Source: an uncultured Verrucomicrobiae bacterium (lineage in GTDB: Bacteria; Verrucomicrobiota; Verrucomicrobiia; Limisphaerales; DASXHY01). From it: a stretch of 64,000 nucleotides of DNA. Positions 21,380 to 31,007 of the stretch are shown here, in pieces. The translations under genes and the position numbers were made by a program. The notes beneath the pieces were generated by a model, which searched no databases, was not told the origin of the DNA, and saw only the letters and a list, made by a program, of their open reading frames with translations. The stretch is from contig OY969416.1 of assembly GCA_963699145.1 (NCBI GenBank), positions 453,293 to 517,292 on the forward strand, given 5' to 3'. Every line of letters starts with the position of its first letter. Positions within the stretch are counted from its first letter, which is position 1.

Positions 21380-21423
21380 ATCCCGAAGGGATGTCCGAAA
21401 ATAGCCCGGCGATTTATCGCCGG
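21380..21423. repeat. REP-like double hairpin between convergent genes
   Basis: atccc-gaa-gggat and ccggcgat-tt-atcgccgg. Confidence 0.6.
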
Positions 21424-21436
21424 TGGAACTTATCCC

Positions 21437-23566
21437 TCAAAACGGTCGCTCGGCGACTTTCACGGTGGGGAATTTGTTTTTGGCGGAATTTTTTCCGGCG
21501 CCGTTTTCCTGGCCGGTGGCGAGGGCGATGAATTCGAACTGGCTGCGGTGCGCTTTGCCTTGCTTTTCCATCAACTCATACGTGCCGTCGCTCGAGAGTA
21601 TTCGCGCGCGCGCGTTGTCGGCCATCGTGATGGACAGGACTTCGTTGATGATGCGCTCGCGCAAGTTGCCGTCTTCGATGGGGAACACGACTTCGATGCG
21701 CCGGAATAAATTGCGCGGCAGCCAGTCGGCGCTGCCTACGTATACTTCCGGCTGGCAGGCGTTCTCAAAATAATAAATCCGGCTGTGCTCCAGAAAACGG
21801 TCGATGATGCTGCGCACGGTGATGTTTTCGCTGAGGCCTTTCACGCCCGGTTTCAGGCAGCAAATGCCGCGCACAATCAAATCGATTTTCACGCCGGCTT
21901 GCGACGCCTTGTACAACGCCTCGATAATTTGCGGTTCGGCGAGTGAATTCACCTTGGCGATGATGCGCGCCGGCAAATCCTTCTTCGCGTTTTCGGCTTC
22001 ACGCTCGATCAACTTCAACATGCGCGCGTGCAATTCAAACGGCGCGACCAGCAGTTTGCGCATCGGTTGGTATTGGCAAATGCCGGTCAGCAGGTTGAAA
22101 AAATTCGTCGCGTCCTCGCCGAAATCCGGGCGGCTGGTGAGCAGGCCGATGTCGGTGTAGAGGCGCGCGGTGCTGGGATTGTAATTGCCGGTGGCCAGGT
22201 GCACGTAGCGGCGGATGTGATGTCCCTCGCGGCGTACGACGAGGCAGGCTTTGGCGTGAATCTTGTAACCGACCAGGCCGTAGACCACGTGCACGCCGTT
22301 TTCTTCAAGGCGCCGCGCCCATTGGATATTGTTCGCTTCATCGAAACGCGCGCGCAACTCCACCACGGCGGTGACCTGTTTGCCGTTGTTCACGGCGTTT
22401 TCGAGCGCGCCGATGATGCGCGGATCGCCGCCGGTGCGATACAACGTCTGCTTGATGGCCAGCACATCCGGATCGGCTGAGGCTTGCTCGAGGAAATCCA
22501 CGACGCTGTTGAAATTTTCGTACGGGTGATGCAGCAGAATATCGCGCTCGCGAATGGCCGCGAACAAATCCGCCTTGCCGCGCAGCGCCGGCGCGACGGG
22601 CGCGACGAAGGGCTTGTAACGCAGCTCGGGCGAATGATCACCCTGCGTCAACGTCATCAGGCGCGTGGGATTCAGCGGGCCGTCCACGAGGTACAAATCG
22701 TCCTCCGTGAGCCGGAGTGTTTTGAGCAGCGCATCGCGAATGTGGCGCGGACAATCGTGTTCGATTTCGAGGCGGACGGCGTCGCCCTTGCGGCGGTTGT
22801 GCAATTCGTTTTCGACGGCCTTGAGCAGATTCGCGGTTTCTTCCTCGTCGATGTAAAGCTCGCTGTTGCGCGTGACGCGGAACGGCCAGCAGCCGAGAAT
22901 TTTTGTGCCCGGAAATAAATCGGCGAGGTTGTGGCTGATCAATTGGCCGAGATACACGTAATCCTGGCGGGCGTCCGTGCGCGGGAGTTGAATCATGCGC
23001 GGGAGGATGCGCGGGATTTGCACCACGGCCATGTGCTTGAGCATTTCCTGGCCGCGCGCCAGTTCGAGGCGGACGATGAGGTTCAGCGATTTGTTGAGCA
23101 ATTGCGGAAACGGATGCGCGGGATCGATCGCCAGCGGCGTCAGCACGGGCCGGACCTGGGCGTGATAATATTCCTGGAGCCACGCGAAATCCTCGCGGTC
23201 GAGGTCGGTGATTTCCAGAAGCCGAATGCCGTTTTTGGCGAGATTCGGCTGAATGTCTTCGCGCCAGCAGGTGTATTGATCGTTGACCATGCGCCGCACG
23301 CGCGTGCTGACGGCTTTGAAAATTTCGGTCGCCGTAAGCCCGTCGATGCTGCGGGAAACGATGTCGCTTTCGATCTGCTGTTTCAGGCCGGCGACGCGCA
23401 CCTCGAAAAATTCATCGAGATTGGAGCTGACGATGCAGAAGAATTTCAGCCGTTCGAGGAGCGGATTGTCGCCATTGCGGGCCTCGTCCAGCACGCGCTG
23501 GTTGAATTCGAGCCAGCTCAACTCGCGGTTGAGAAAGTGTGCGGGTTTGGCGGTATTGGCGCTCAT
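21437..23566 (-). CDS. ppk1: Polyphosphate kinase 1
   Basis: NRELSWLEFNQRVL, SSNLDEFFEVRVAGL, DILLHHPY, ELRARFDE, KIHAK, RFLEHSRI. Confidence 0.97.
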   Translation of the reverse strand: MSANTAKPAHFLNRELSWLEFNQRVLDEARNGDNPLLERLKFFCIVSSNLDEFFEVRVAGLKQQIESDIVSRSIDGLTATEIFKAVSTRVRRMVNDQYTCWREDIQPNLAKNGIRLLEITDLDREDFAWLQEYYHAQVRPVLTPLAIDPAHPFPQLLNKSLNLIVRLELARGQEMLKHMAVVQIPRILPRMIQLPRTDARQDYVYLGQLISHNLADLFPGTKILGCWPFRVTRNSELYIDEEETANLLKAVENELHNRRKGDAVRLEIEHDCPRHIRDALLKTLRLTEDDLYLVDGPLNPTRLMTLTQGDHSPELRYKPFVAPVAPALRGKADLFAAIRERDILLHHPYENFNSVVDFLEQASADPDVLAIKQTLYRTGGDPRIIGALENAVNNGKQVTAVVELRARFDEANNIQWARRLEENGVHVVYGLVGYKIHAKACLVVRREGHHIRRYVHLATGNYNPSTARLYTDIGLLTSRPDFGEDATNFFNLLTGICQYQPMRKLLVAPFELHARMLKLIEREAENAKKDLPARIIAKVNSLAEPQIIEALYKASQAGVKIDLIVRGICCLKPGVKGLSENITVRSIIDRFLEHSRIYYFENACQPEVYVGSADWLPRNLFRRIEVVFPIEDGNLRERIINEVLSITMADNARARILSSDGTYELMEKQGKAHRSQFEFIALATGQENGAGKNSAKNKFPTVKVAERPF

Positions 23567-23617
23567 AAGGAGTTCAAAGTATCCGCGAATCATGCCCCAG
23601 GCAACCCTCGCGGGAAA

Positions 23618-23635
23618 GTTACGATACGGTGACGG
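23618..23635 (-). promoter_or_regulatory. Pho-box-like tandem half-sites upstream of ppk1
   Basis: Minus strand CCGTCAC-cgta-TCGTAAC with 11-bp period; a further 11-bp-period ccggtgaa pair at 23714-23732. Confidence 0.55.
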
Positions 23636-23789
23636 GTTATTCACCGGAAGCAGTAGAACACCCCAGGAAGAACGTCAATTTGTTGGGGAAAACGCTGTTT
23701 TTTGGAGATTTAGCCGGTGAATAACCGGTGAACGGAGGTTCACTCCTTTTTAACTTGGGCTGAGCCGCCCGGATTGCTCTAATTGCGGC

Positions 23790-24743
23790 ATGTCGTACAC
23801 CCGCCGCGCCGTGATTGACGTCGGCACCAATTCAGTGAAGTTGCTCGTGGCCGATGTCGAGGGTCACGATGTTCGTCCCGTTTGTGAAGAGAGCAAGCAG
23901 ACGCGGCTCGGGCGGGGGTTTTACGAAACGCATCAGTTGCAACCGGAGCCGATTGCCAAGACAGCCAGGGCGGTGATGAATTTTTCAAACCAGGCGCGCG
24001 AGTTGAACGCGGCTTCGATCCGCGTGATTGCCACCAGCGCGGCGCGCGATGCGGTGAACCCGCAAGAGTTGATCTCCGCCATCGAGACGGCCGCGGCGTT
24101 GAAAGTGGAGATCATCTCGGGCGATCAGGAGGCCGAATGGGCGTTCCAGGGTGTGACGACGGACCCGGAACTGGCGAAGCTGCCGTTATTGCTGCTGGAC
24201 GTCGGGGGCGGCAGCACGGAGTTCATTCTGGGCAAGGGCGAACGCAAACATTTTCGGCACAGCTTTCCGCTCGGCACCGTTCGCCTGATGGAAAAAGTGC
24301 CGCACGGCGACCCGCCGAGTTTGGAGGAATTGGCCCAGTGCCTCGATTGGTTGAAAACATTTTTAAAAAAGGAAGTCCTGCCGAAACTCGGCCCGAAAAT
24401 GGATTCGGAAAAAAAGGCCGACAAGACGAAGGCGGGTTTGCAATTGGTCGGCACGGGCGGCACGGCGAGCATTCTCGCGCGCATGGAATTGAAGGCGGAC
24501 GATTACGATCGCGAGCGCATCGAGGCGACGCGCCTCAGCCTGGAGTGCGTGCGCTGGCATGTGGAAAACCTGTGGAGTGTGCCGTTGGAAAAGCGGCAGC
24601 AAATCGTGGGGCTGCCCAAAAAGCGCGCGGACGTGATTTTGACGGGCGCGGCGATTTATGAAGCCGTGATGGAACAGTTCGGTTTTTCGGAATTGCGCGT
24701 GAGCACGCGCGGGCTGCGCTACGCAGCCGTGATGGAAACGTGA
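23790..24743 (+). CDS. ppx: Ppx/GppA family exopolyphosphatase
   Basis: AVIDVGTNSVKL, IATSAARDA.N, DVGGGSTE, RADVI, GLRY. Confidence 0.92.
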   Translation: MSYTRRAVIDVGTNSVKLLVADVEGHDVRPVCEESKQTRLGRGFYETHQLQPEPIAKTARAVMNFSNQARELNAASIRVIATSAARDAVNPQELISAIETAAALKVEIISGDQEAEWAFQGVTTDPELAKLPLLLLDVGGGSTEFILGKGERKHFRHSFPLGTVRLMEKVPHGDPPSLEELAQCLDWLKTFLKKEVLPKLGPKMDSEKKADKTKAGLQLVGTGGTASILARMELKADDYDRERIEATRLSLECVRWHVENLWSVPLEKRQQIVGLPKKRADVILTGAAIYEAVMEQFGFSELRVSTRGLRYAAVMET

Positions 24744-24931
24744 ATTTCCGTCGATTGCTAAAAATAAATTTCCGAAATGGTGGGGCAAACCTGCGGGTTT
24801 GCCTCGATTCCCCGCAGAATCGCCACCATTTCGGAAATCTATTTTGGCAATCGCTATAAAACCGTAAAAATAGACCGGTGTTTAACCGCGAAAAGCGCAA
24901 AAGGATTCAGCGCCGGTCAAAACGCACCTTC

Positions 24932-25729
24932 TCAGTGGGCGGTGGCCATGGCGGGCTCGGAGGTTTGCTTTTCCGCTGTCATTACGGAGGCGATTTCCTT
25001 CTGGGCCGCGACAAAATCCGAACGAAATTTATCGTTGGTCTTCAATTCTTTCACAATGGCTTGTGCCAGCACGCGGCCCGCATAGATATCGGTTGGATAA
25101 TGCCGCGCGATTTCCACGCGGTGCCAGCCGATTTCCCGGCCCACCGCGAGAATAGCGTCGCGTTTCTCCGGAAATAGTTCCACCAACACCAGCGCGAACA
25201 CGGTGCCGCGAGTCGAATGCCCGCTCGGATAGCTGAAGGTCTTCTCGAGATCAGTGGCCCCGCGCGCAAGGTCCGGATTCACCGTGTACGGACGCGGCCG
25301 TTTAAAATATTCCTTGCCCGTATCCTCCACCGCTTCTGTGTCCTCCTGGACTTTTTTCAAAAATGCTTCGGTCTCCGGTAATTTGCCGGGTTGAAAAATG
25401 GAGCCTATCACCGGTGTGAACGCAAAAATCGAAAGTTTCTGCTCGGCTTTTGCCGCGGCGTCACCCGCCGGCCTGGGTTGCTCATGGATGGCCACGGTTT
25501 CGGCCATGTCAGCGGATTGCTCCGCTGAACCCGCAATGGGTGGCGGCGCCAAAAGCGTGATGACGTCGGGCTTTTGCGGCGATAGATAATGGAGCTCGGA
25601 GTGTTTGGCGGCTTTTTTGGCGCCTGCTTTCGTGTCCTGCGCATGCGCCGGCAGGGTGCCGACGGCCACCAGTGATACGGCGAGAATCAAACTGCTAAGC
25701 GATTGAAAGCGTTTTTTGGCGGGGAACAT
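24932..25729 (-). CDS. Exported class A non-specific acid phosphatase (PAP2 fold)
   Basis: K..FKRPRP, SYPSGHS, HRVEIARHYPTD; signal peptide. Confidence 0.9.
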   Translation of the reverse strand: MFPAKKRFQSLSSLILAVSLVAVGTLPAHAQDTKAGAKKAAKHSELHYLSPQKPDVITLLAPPPIAGSAEQSADMAETVAIHEQPRPAGDAAAKAEQKLSIFAFTPVIGSIFQPGKLPETEAFLKKVQEDTEAVEDTGKEYFKRPRPYTVNPDLARGATDLEKTFSYPSGHSTRGTVFALVLVELFPEKRDAILAVGREIGWHRVEIARHYPTDIYAGRVLAQAIVKELKTNDKFRSDFVAAQKEIASVMTAEKQTSEPAMATAH

Positions 25730-25764
25730 GGGTATTGAGTGGGGTTGGACTACGGTGGCGAAAA

Positions 25765-26625
25765 TTACGGAACTCTCAGGCCGTCGGCATCCCAATTAAC
25801 CTCCGGATTGCCGGGGTCCTTGCCGGGCGCAATGTTGGGGTTTTGAATGCCGTCGTTCACAATATCTGTGTATTTATAAAACGCGGAATGCCCGTCGCTA
25901 AACGTGATGTTTCCCCCTTTGTTGTGGCGCGAAGAAAAGCGCGTTGTGTAGCTATGCGGCGTGGCGAGATGGGTGACGTTGTCCGCCGCTCCGTAATACG
26001 GCGTTTCCGCCGAGCGCCAGCGCACGTCCGAGAACAGCACAAATTGCGAAGGGTGGGCGACCACGGCCGTTTTTAAAACTGCATTCACGTTGTTGATCTG
26101 CTCATTCGCAAGTGATTTCGAATTCATGCCGTAGCCAAATAACGGGCGCTGCTTGGGATCCATGTCTTTGCTGCCGTCGGTTGTGGGAGTCGCATCGTTG
26201 GGATCGATGCCTTGGTTGACGGCTGTCGGGCAGGTGAAAATGGACTTGGATTCACCAAACGTCACCGGATCGTACGCCCACACGTACATCGGCTTATTGC
26301 CGACATAGCCTGGCAGAGCATTGAACCACACATCGTTGCCCTGGCCGAGATTGTGATAGCCGTTAATCGCCAGCCACGACGGGGTATCCTGGTCCTGGAT
26401 GCCGGAGACTTGAAACCGCGGCAGGGGAAAAGCCTCCGCGTTGTCGTTCACGTACATGGTGTCCGCCAATCCCCATTGCCGGGTGTTGCTCAGGCACGAC
26501 GCCTCATTCGCGCGATTTTTGGCCTTTGCGAGAGTGGGAAGCAGCATCGCCGCGAGGATGGCAATGATGGCGACGACCACCAGTAATTCGATCAATGTAA
26601 AACCGCGCTGGCGCTTAAAGTTCAT
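25765..26625 (-). CDS. Prepilin-type N-terminal cleavage/methylation protein with H-X9-DG motif (DUF1559-like)
   Basis: [24 protein letters not shown]; [14 protein letters not shown]. Confidence 0.92.
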   Translation of the reverse strand: MNFKRQRGFTLIELLVVVAIIAILAAMLLPTLAKAKNRANEASCLSNTRQWGLADTMYVNDNAEAFPLPRFQVSGIQDQDTPSWLAINGYHNLGQGNDVWFNALPGYVGNKPMYVWAYDPVTFGESKSIFTCPTAVNQGIDPNDATPTTDGSKDMDPKQRPLFGYGMNSKSLANEQINNVNAVLKTAVVAHPSQFVLFSDVRWRSAETPYYGAADNVTHLATPHSYTTRFSSRHNKGGNITFSDGHSAFYKYTDIVNDGIQNPNIAPGKDPGNPEVNWDADGLRVP

Positions 26626-26708
26626 AATAGAAATCAACACTTCACCACGCGACGGCTTTTTCAATGAAAAGCCGCCTTGCCTATAAGGAACAAGTCTGGG
26701 ATTTCAAT

Positions 26709-26759
26709 GTTACGAATTGGTGGCTGCGTTACGACAAATGGGTGACAAACTCATGATCA
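26709..26759 (-). promoter_or_regulatory. Array of five Pho-box-like half-sites at 11-bp period
   Basis: Minus strand TGATCAT-gagt-TTGTCAC-ccat-TTGTCGT-aacg-CAGCCAC-caat-TCGTAAC. Confidence 0.65.
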
Positions 26760-26902
26760 AAAATTAATATTGATTTCTAGTCATTTTCGGAACAAAGAAT
26801 CGTCGCCCAGTTTGGCTCCGCTGGGAAGGGGAAGCAGCGGAAATCTGCCACCAAAATATTGATAAACCTTTTATTTTACCGGGCCTTTTAGAAATCGCCC
26901 AT

Positions 26903-26931
26903 TTGTCACAGAATCGCCATAGGTTTGTTTC
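26903..26931 (+). promoter_or_regulatory. Pho-box-like half-sites upstream of the large secreted protein
   Basis: TTGTCAC-agaa-TCGCCAT-aggt-TTGTTTC, 11-bp period. Confidence 0.5.
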
Positions 26932-26972
26932 CTGCCTCAGTTCTTCTAGGCGCTTGCTGTCACCTTTTTAAC

Positions 26973-29900
26973 ATGAAAACAATTATATTCGCGCTCAGCG
27001 TCGCTGCGCTGATGACTCTCGGAGTACATGCCGACACAACCATTACCGCATGGACTTTTGACAATGTTTCCCCAGGTCTTAATGCCAGCCCGCAGGCTTC
27101 CACGGGCTTGGGGACGGCCAGTGCCTTGGGCATGGGCAATTCGTTCAACAATACCAATAGCGTCAGTAATCCGGACGTGCAGTCTTTGGCTGGCAGTTCC
27201 ACCGATCCCGTAGGCCCGAATGCCTGGCGCATTCGCGGCTTTGGCGCGGCTCCGAACGGCGGCAACGGTTGGTCGACCAACGCCCCCATCGGCACGCAAG
27301 GCGCCAGGTTCGCCGCCAGCACGGCCGGTTTTTACAAAATCAAAGTTGCCTTTGATGTGAATGCGACGCCCGACGCCGAGGCCAATCTTTTGATTCAATA
27401 CACCACCGAAGGCAGCATCTGGTTCAATGCGTCCACCATTTCGGTGGGCACATTGGGAGTTGTAGCCACGAACTCGCTGACCAACAGCACGGTCATGGGC
27501 ACCTACGTGATCCTGACCAACAACGGCGCCACGGGTTGGAACAATCATATCGTGGCCGACCTGAGCGGCATCTCGGGCGTGGATAACAATCCGAATTTCG
27601 CCGTGCGCATCGTGAACGCTTCCACCGGCACCAATTGCGTGGACACGACGGGCGCGCCATTCACCGGCGTTTCGGGAAATTGGAGCTTCGATAACGTGAC
27701 GATTTCGGGTGTCTCCTTCGACACCGTCGCGGGCTGGACATTCGAAAGCGAAGGCACCACGGCCTTTGCTCCGCATCCAGTGCCGGAATTTGGTTCGGGC
27801 ACGGCGACGTCGATTGGTTTCGACACGAGCTATCATTTTGCGGATGGCTCAATCGGCAGCACTAACAAACCTGATATTCTCGCCAACGGTGTGCCGTTTA
27901 GCTCGTCAGGCGCTTCCGGCCAGTTCGTCTGGCGCGTGCGCGGCCAGGGTCCGGGCAACGGCTGGGACACCCAGGCCCCCATTGGCACCCAGGGTGGGCA
28001 GTTCGACGTGCCGACGGCCAATTACAACGACATCATGGTTTCGTTCGACCTCTTCTTCACTTCGCAGGGCGAGGCGAAAATGTGCGTTCTTTACACGACC
28101 GACGGCTGGGCCACGACGAATGTAGCGAACAACTTGTTCTACGCGTCCAACCCCACGTTCATTTTAACGAACTCGGTCTCGAGCGTGCTCTATAGTCCGG
28201 ACACCGTCAACGGAACCTATTTCTATCAGACCGTTGGCCAGAATTTTTACAACAATCTGGTCGTTGATTTCACTGGCGTGCCCAACGTGGCGAACAATCC
28301 GCTGTTCGGCTTCCGCATCGTGAACGCCGCGCAGAACGGCGATTGCGTCGCTTTCAACGGCGGCACCTACAACAACTCCTCAGGCAATTGCCGATTCGAC
28401 AACGTCATCGTCAGCGGCACCTTTGTCGGTTCGACGGCCCCCGCGATCACTGCCGATCCGAACGCCACGGTGGATGCCCCGTTCACCAATACGTTTACGG
28501 ATAATCCCGCCTGGCGCGCGGCTATTACAGCGATCTACGTCAATGGCACGCAGCTGACGAATTCCGCTTATAGTCTCACGACTCCGGGACAGATTGTTTA
28601 TACGCCTTCGGCTTCTGCTCTCCTCAAAACCAGCGGCACCAAGAGCATCGTGATCTTTGCGACGGGCTTCAGCAACGGCAAGGTCTCGCAGCCGCTTTCG
28701 GCGGGCGTGGCGACAAAACTTTCGCTCCTCACCCAGCCGTCGGCGCCTTCGGCCAGCGGCGGCACACTGGTCGTTAATCCCGCCTTGTCCATTACCGACC
28801 AATACGGCAACGGCACCGCTGCCGCGCCGAATACCAACGTCACGGTCATCGCAACGGTCGGCGGCACCGGCGCATGGAAGCTGGGCGGTTCCACAAACCA
28901 GGTGGCGACGAATGGTTTCATGTTCTTTACGAACCTGACCGCAACGGTAAATGGAACTACGAATGTCGCCGGCGCGTTCATCACGTTTACCGTGAATGGA
29001 TTTGGCGGTGCGGGACAGATTACCACCACGAATTCCTCGACGTTCACCATCGGCGCGCCGCCGGCGAATTTCACGCGCGGCAATCTCGCCGTCATCCAGA
29101 TCGACAGCATTTCGAACAACACCACCTTCAGCGTCATCGAAATCAAACCGTCAGGTAACAAACAGACGGCGCCCGTGAACATCATTCCGATCAGCGCCAC
29201 GGGCACCAATGCTCTGCGCATGACCACCGCCGGAAGCGCGGGCCGGTTGTCGCTCAGCGATGACGGCACGTTGATTTCGTTCGTCGGTTTTGCGGATGAA
29301 AGCTCGGTGTCGCCTGACGAAACCTTCATCCAGGATCGCGCCGTGGGAACGCTCAATTATACCAACGGGTTCACTGCGCCGATTAAATACTCCTCCATTT
29401 CGTTTGGCGGCAGCCAGGGCCGCTCCTGCACCACGGCAGACGACGTCAACTGGATCGTCGTCGACAAAGGCGGCCTCTACATCGACAACTCCCTGTGGAG
29501 CGCCCAGAACAACGTGGTCGCCCGCACCTTCGGTGGAACTCACTATGTCGAAACACAGAAGACTGCCGCGGGTTCGCCCATCCCGGTGGTTTACGCGCTG
29601 GCGATGAGCAACCCGGCTAACATCGATCATGCGGTTCCCAACAACCTGCTGACGGATCCGATCGCGGTCGATTTCTACCTGGTCTCGACCAACGGCGGCA
29701 GCAGCTACGACGTGCTGTATATCCTCGACCAGATCGGTTCGGCGCAGGGCGTGATCCATAAGTTTTCATGGGTCCCGGATAGCAGCCAGATCCTGGGCTT
29801 CGGCTGGGCGGACAATGGCTCCGTCACGAACAACAACGGCGCGGACAGCCTCTTTGCCACGACCAATGGCAACGGCGGCGTTTACCTGTATTACACGACG

Positions 29901-30908
29901 GGCGGCGGCGGCACGGCGGGCAACAGCGTCGTTCGCCTCACCGATTCCGGCACGTTCAACGCGCCGATCAACATCATCTCGAGCAATGTGATCTATACGG
30001 CATCGTCAGTGACCTCGATCAAGGGGCTCACGTTCGTTCCGCAGCAAACAGCTCACGGGGCTGAACTCATCCCGCCGCCGGTGCTGGTGCCGCAGAACAA
30101 CGCTTCCGTCAGCAGCACGTTCACCGTCACGAACAGCCCGGATGACCCAGCCTGGCGCACGAACATCACCAGCGTTACGGTCAACGGCACGGTGTTGCCT
30201 CCGTCCGCCTACGACCTGACGCAAGCCGGCCAGATCGTGTTTAACCCGGCTCAATCAGCGCTGCTGCAAACTTCGGGCACCAAGACGATCGTGTTGAGCG
30301 CGCCCAATTACAGCACCAACTCGGTCGCGCAACCGCTCGTAGCGGGCGCGGCCACGCAATTGGTGATCACCAAACAACCCACCGCGCCCGCTGGTGACGG
30401 CGGTGCTCTCGCCCAGCAACCGGTGGTTGTGGTGAAGGATCAACTCGGCAATACGGTGACCAACAACGTCACGATCACTGCGGCCGCAGTCCTGCCAGCT
30501 CCGGTGAATTGGACACTGGGAGGCACCAAGACGCTCACCACGAGCGGTGGCACGGCGACGTTCACCAACTTGACCGCGTTCAGCACGAACTCAGTCACGG
30601 GCGCGGCGATCTCGTTCACGTCCAGCAGCATGTCAATCACCAGTTCGCCGGCGTTTAACATCCCGGTGCCGATCCAATCGACGTTGACTGGAGCGGCGGA
30701 AGTCGCGGCTGGCAAATTCGCGTTCAACTTCACCAACGCCACCGGATTGAGTTTCTCGATCCTCGCGACCAATGACATTACGGCGCCCATCGCGACGTGG
30801 CCGGTGATTGGAACGGCAGTCGAGAGCCCGGCAGGTTCAGGCCACTATTCGTACACGAATTCGGCCGCGACCAATGGCCTGCAGTATTTCATCCTGCGCC
30901 AGCCATAA
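26973..30908 (+). CDS. Large secreted beta-rich protein: duplicated N-terminal domain, two DUF1533-like/Ig-like modules, probable C-terminal sorting-type domain
   Basis: Signal peptide MKTIIFALS..VHA; repeats WTF..GNGW.T.APIGTQG..F; repeats D.PAWR..IT...VNGT.L....Y.LT..GQIV; Asn/Thr/Gly rich. Confidence 0.85.
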   Translation: MKTIIFALSVAALMTLGVHADTTITAWTFDNVSPGLNASPQASTGLGTASALGMGNSFNNTNSVSNPDVQSLAGSSTDPVGPNAWRIRGFGAAPNGGNGWSTNAPIGTQGARFAASTAGFYKIKVAFDVNATPDAEANLLIQYTTEGSIWFNASTISVGTLGVVATNSLTNSTVMGTYVILTNNGATGWNNHIVADLSGISGVDNNPNFAVRIVNASTGTNCVDTTGAPFTGVSGNWSFDNVTISGVSFDTVAGWTFESEGTTAFAPHPVPEFGSGTATSIGFDTSYHFADGSIGSTNKPDILANGVPFSSSGASGQFVWRVRGQGPGNGWDTQAPIGTQGGQFDVPTANYNDIMVSFDLFFTSQGEAKMCVLYTTDGWATTNVANNLFYASNPTFILTNSVSSVLYSPDTVNGTYFYQTVGQNFYNNLVVDFTGVPNVANNPLFGFRIVNAAQNGDCVAFNGGTYNNSSGNCRFDNVIVSGTFVGSTAPAITADPNATVDAPFTNTFTDNPAWRAAITAIYVNGTQLTNSAYSLTTPGQIVYTPSASALLKTSGTKSIVIFATGFSNGKVSQPLSAGVATKLSLLTQPSAPSASGGTLVVNPALSITDQYGNGTAAAPNTNVTVIATVGGTGAWKLGGSTNQVATNGFMFFTNLTATVNGTTNVAGAFITFTVNGFGGAGQITTTNSSTFTIGAPPANFTRGNLAVIQIDSISNNTTFSVIEIKPSGNKQTAPVNIIPISATGTNALRMTTAGSAGRLSLSDDGTLISFVGFADESSVSPDETFIQDRAVGTLNYTNGFTAPIKYSSISFGGSQGRSCTTADDVNWIVVDKGGLYIDNSLWSAQNNVVARTFGGTHYVETQKTAAGSPIPVVYALAMSNPANIDHAVPNNLLTDPIAVDFYLVSTNGGSSYDVLYILDQIGSAQGVIHKFSWVPDSSQILGFGWADNGSVTNNNGADSLFATTNGNGGVYLYYTTGGGGTAGNSVVRLTDSGTFNAPINIISSNVIYTASSVTSIKGLTFVPQQTAHGAELIPPPVLVPQNNASVSSTFTVTNSPDDPAWRTNITSVTVNGTVLPPSAYDLTQAGQIVFNPAQSALLQTSGTKTIVLSAPNYSTNSVAQPLVAGAATQLVITKQPTAPAGDGGALAQQPVVVVKDQLGNTVTNNVTITAAAVLPAPVNWTLGGTKTLTTSGGTATFTNLTAFSTNSVTGAAISFTSSSMSITSSPAFNIPVPIQSTLTGAAEVAAGKFAFNFTNATGLSFSILATNDITAPIATWPVIGTAVESPAGSGHYSYTNSAATNGLQYFILRQP

Positions 30909-30931
30909 TTCAGAATCATCAACATTACGCG

Positions 30932-30967
30932 ACGGGCGGGGAATTTTTCCCCGCCCGTTTTATTTTC
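30932..30967 (+). terminator. Intrinsic terminator
   Basis: acgggcggggaa-ttt-ttccccgcccgt followed by tttatttt. Confidence 0.85.
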
Positions 30968-31007
30968 GACACCTCGCTGGTTCGCGCTTAGATTGCGCCG
31001 ACAGGCG

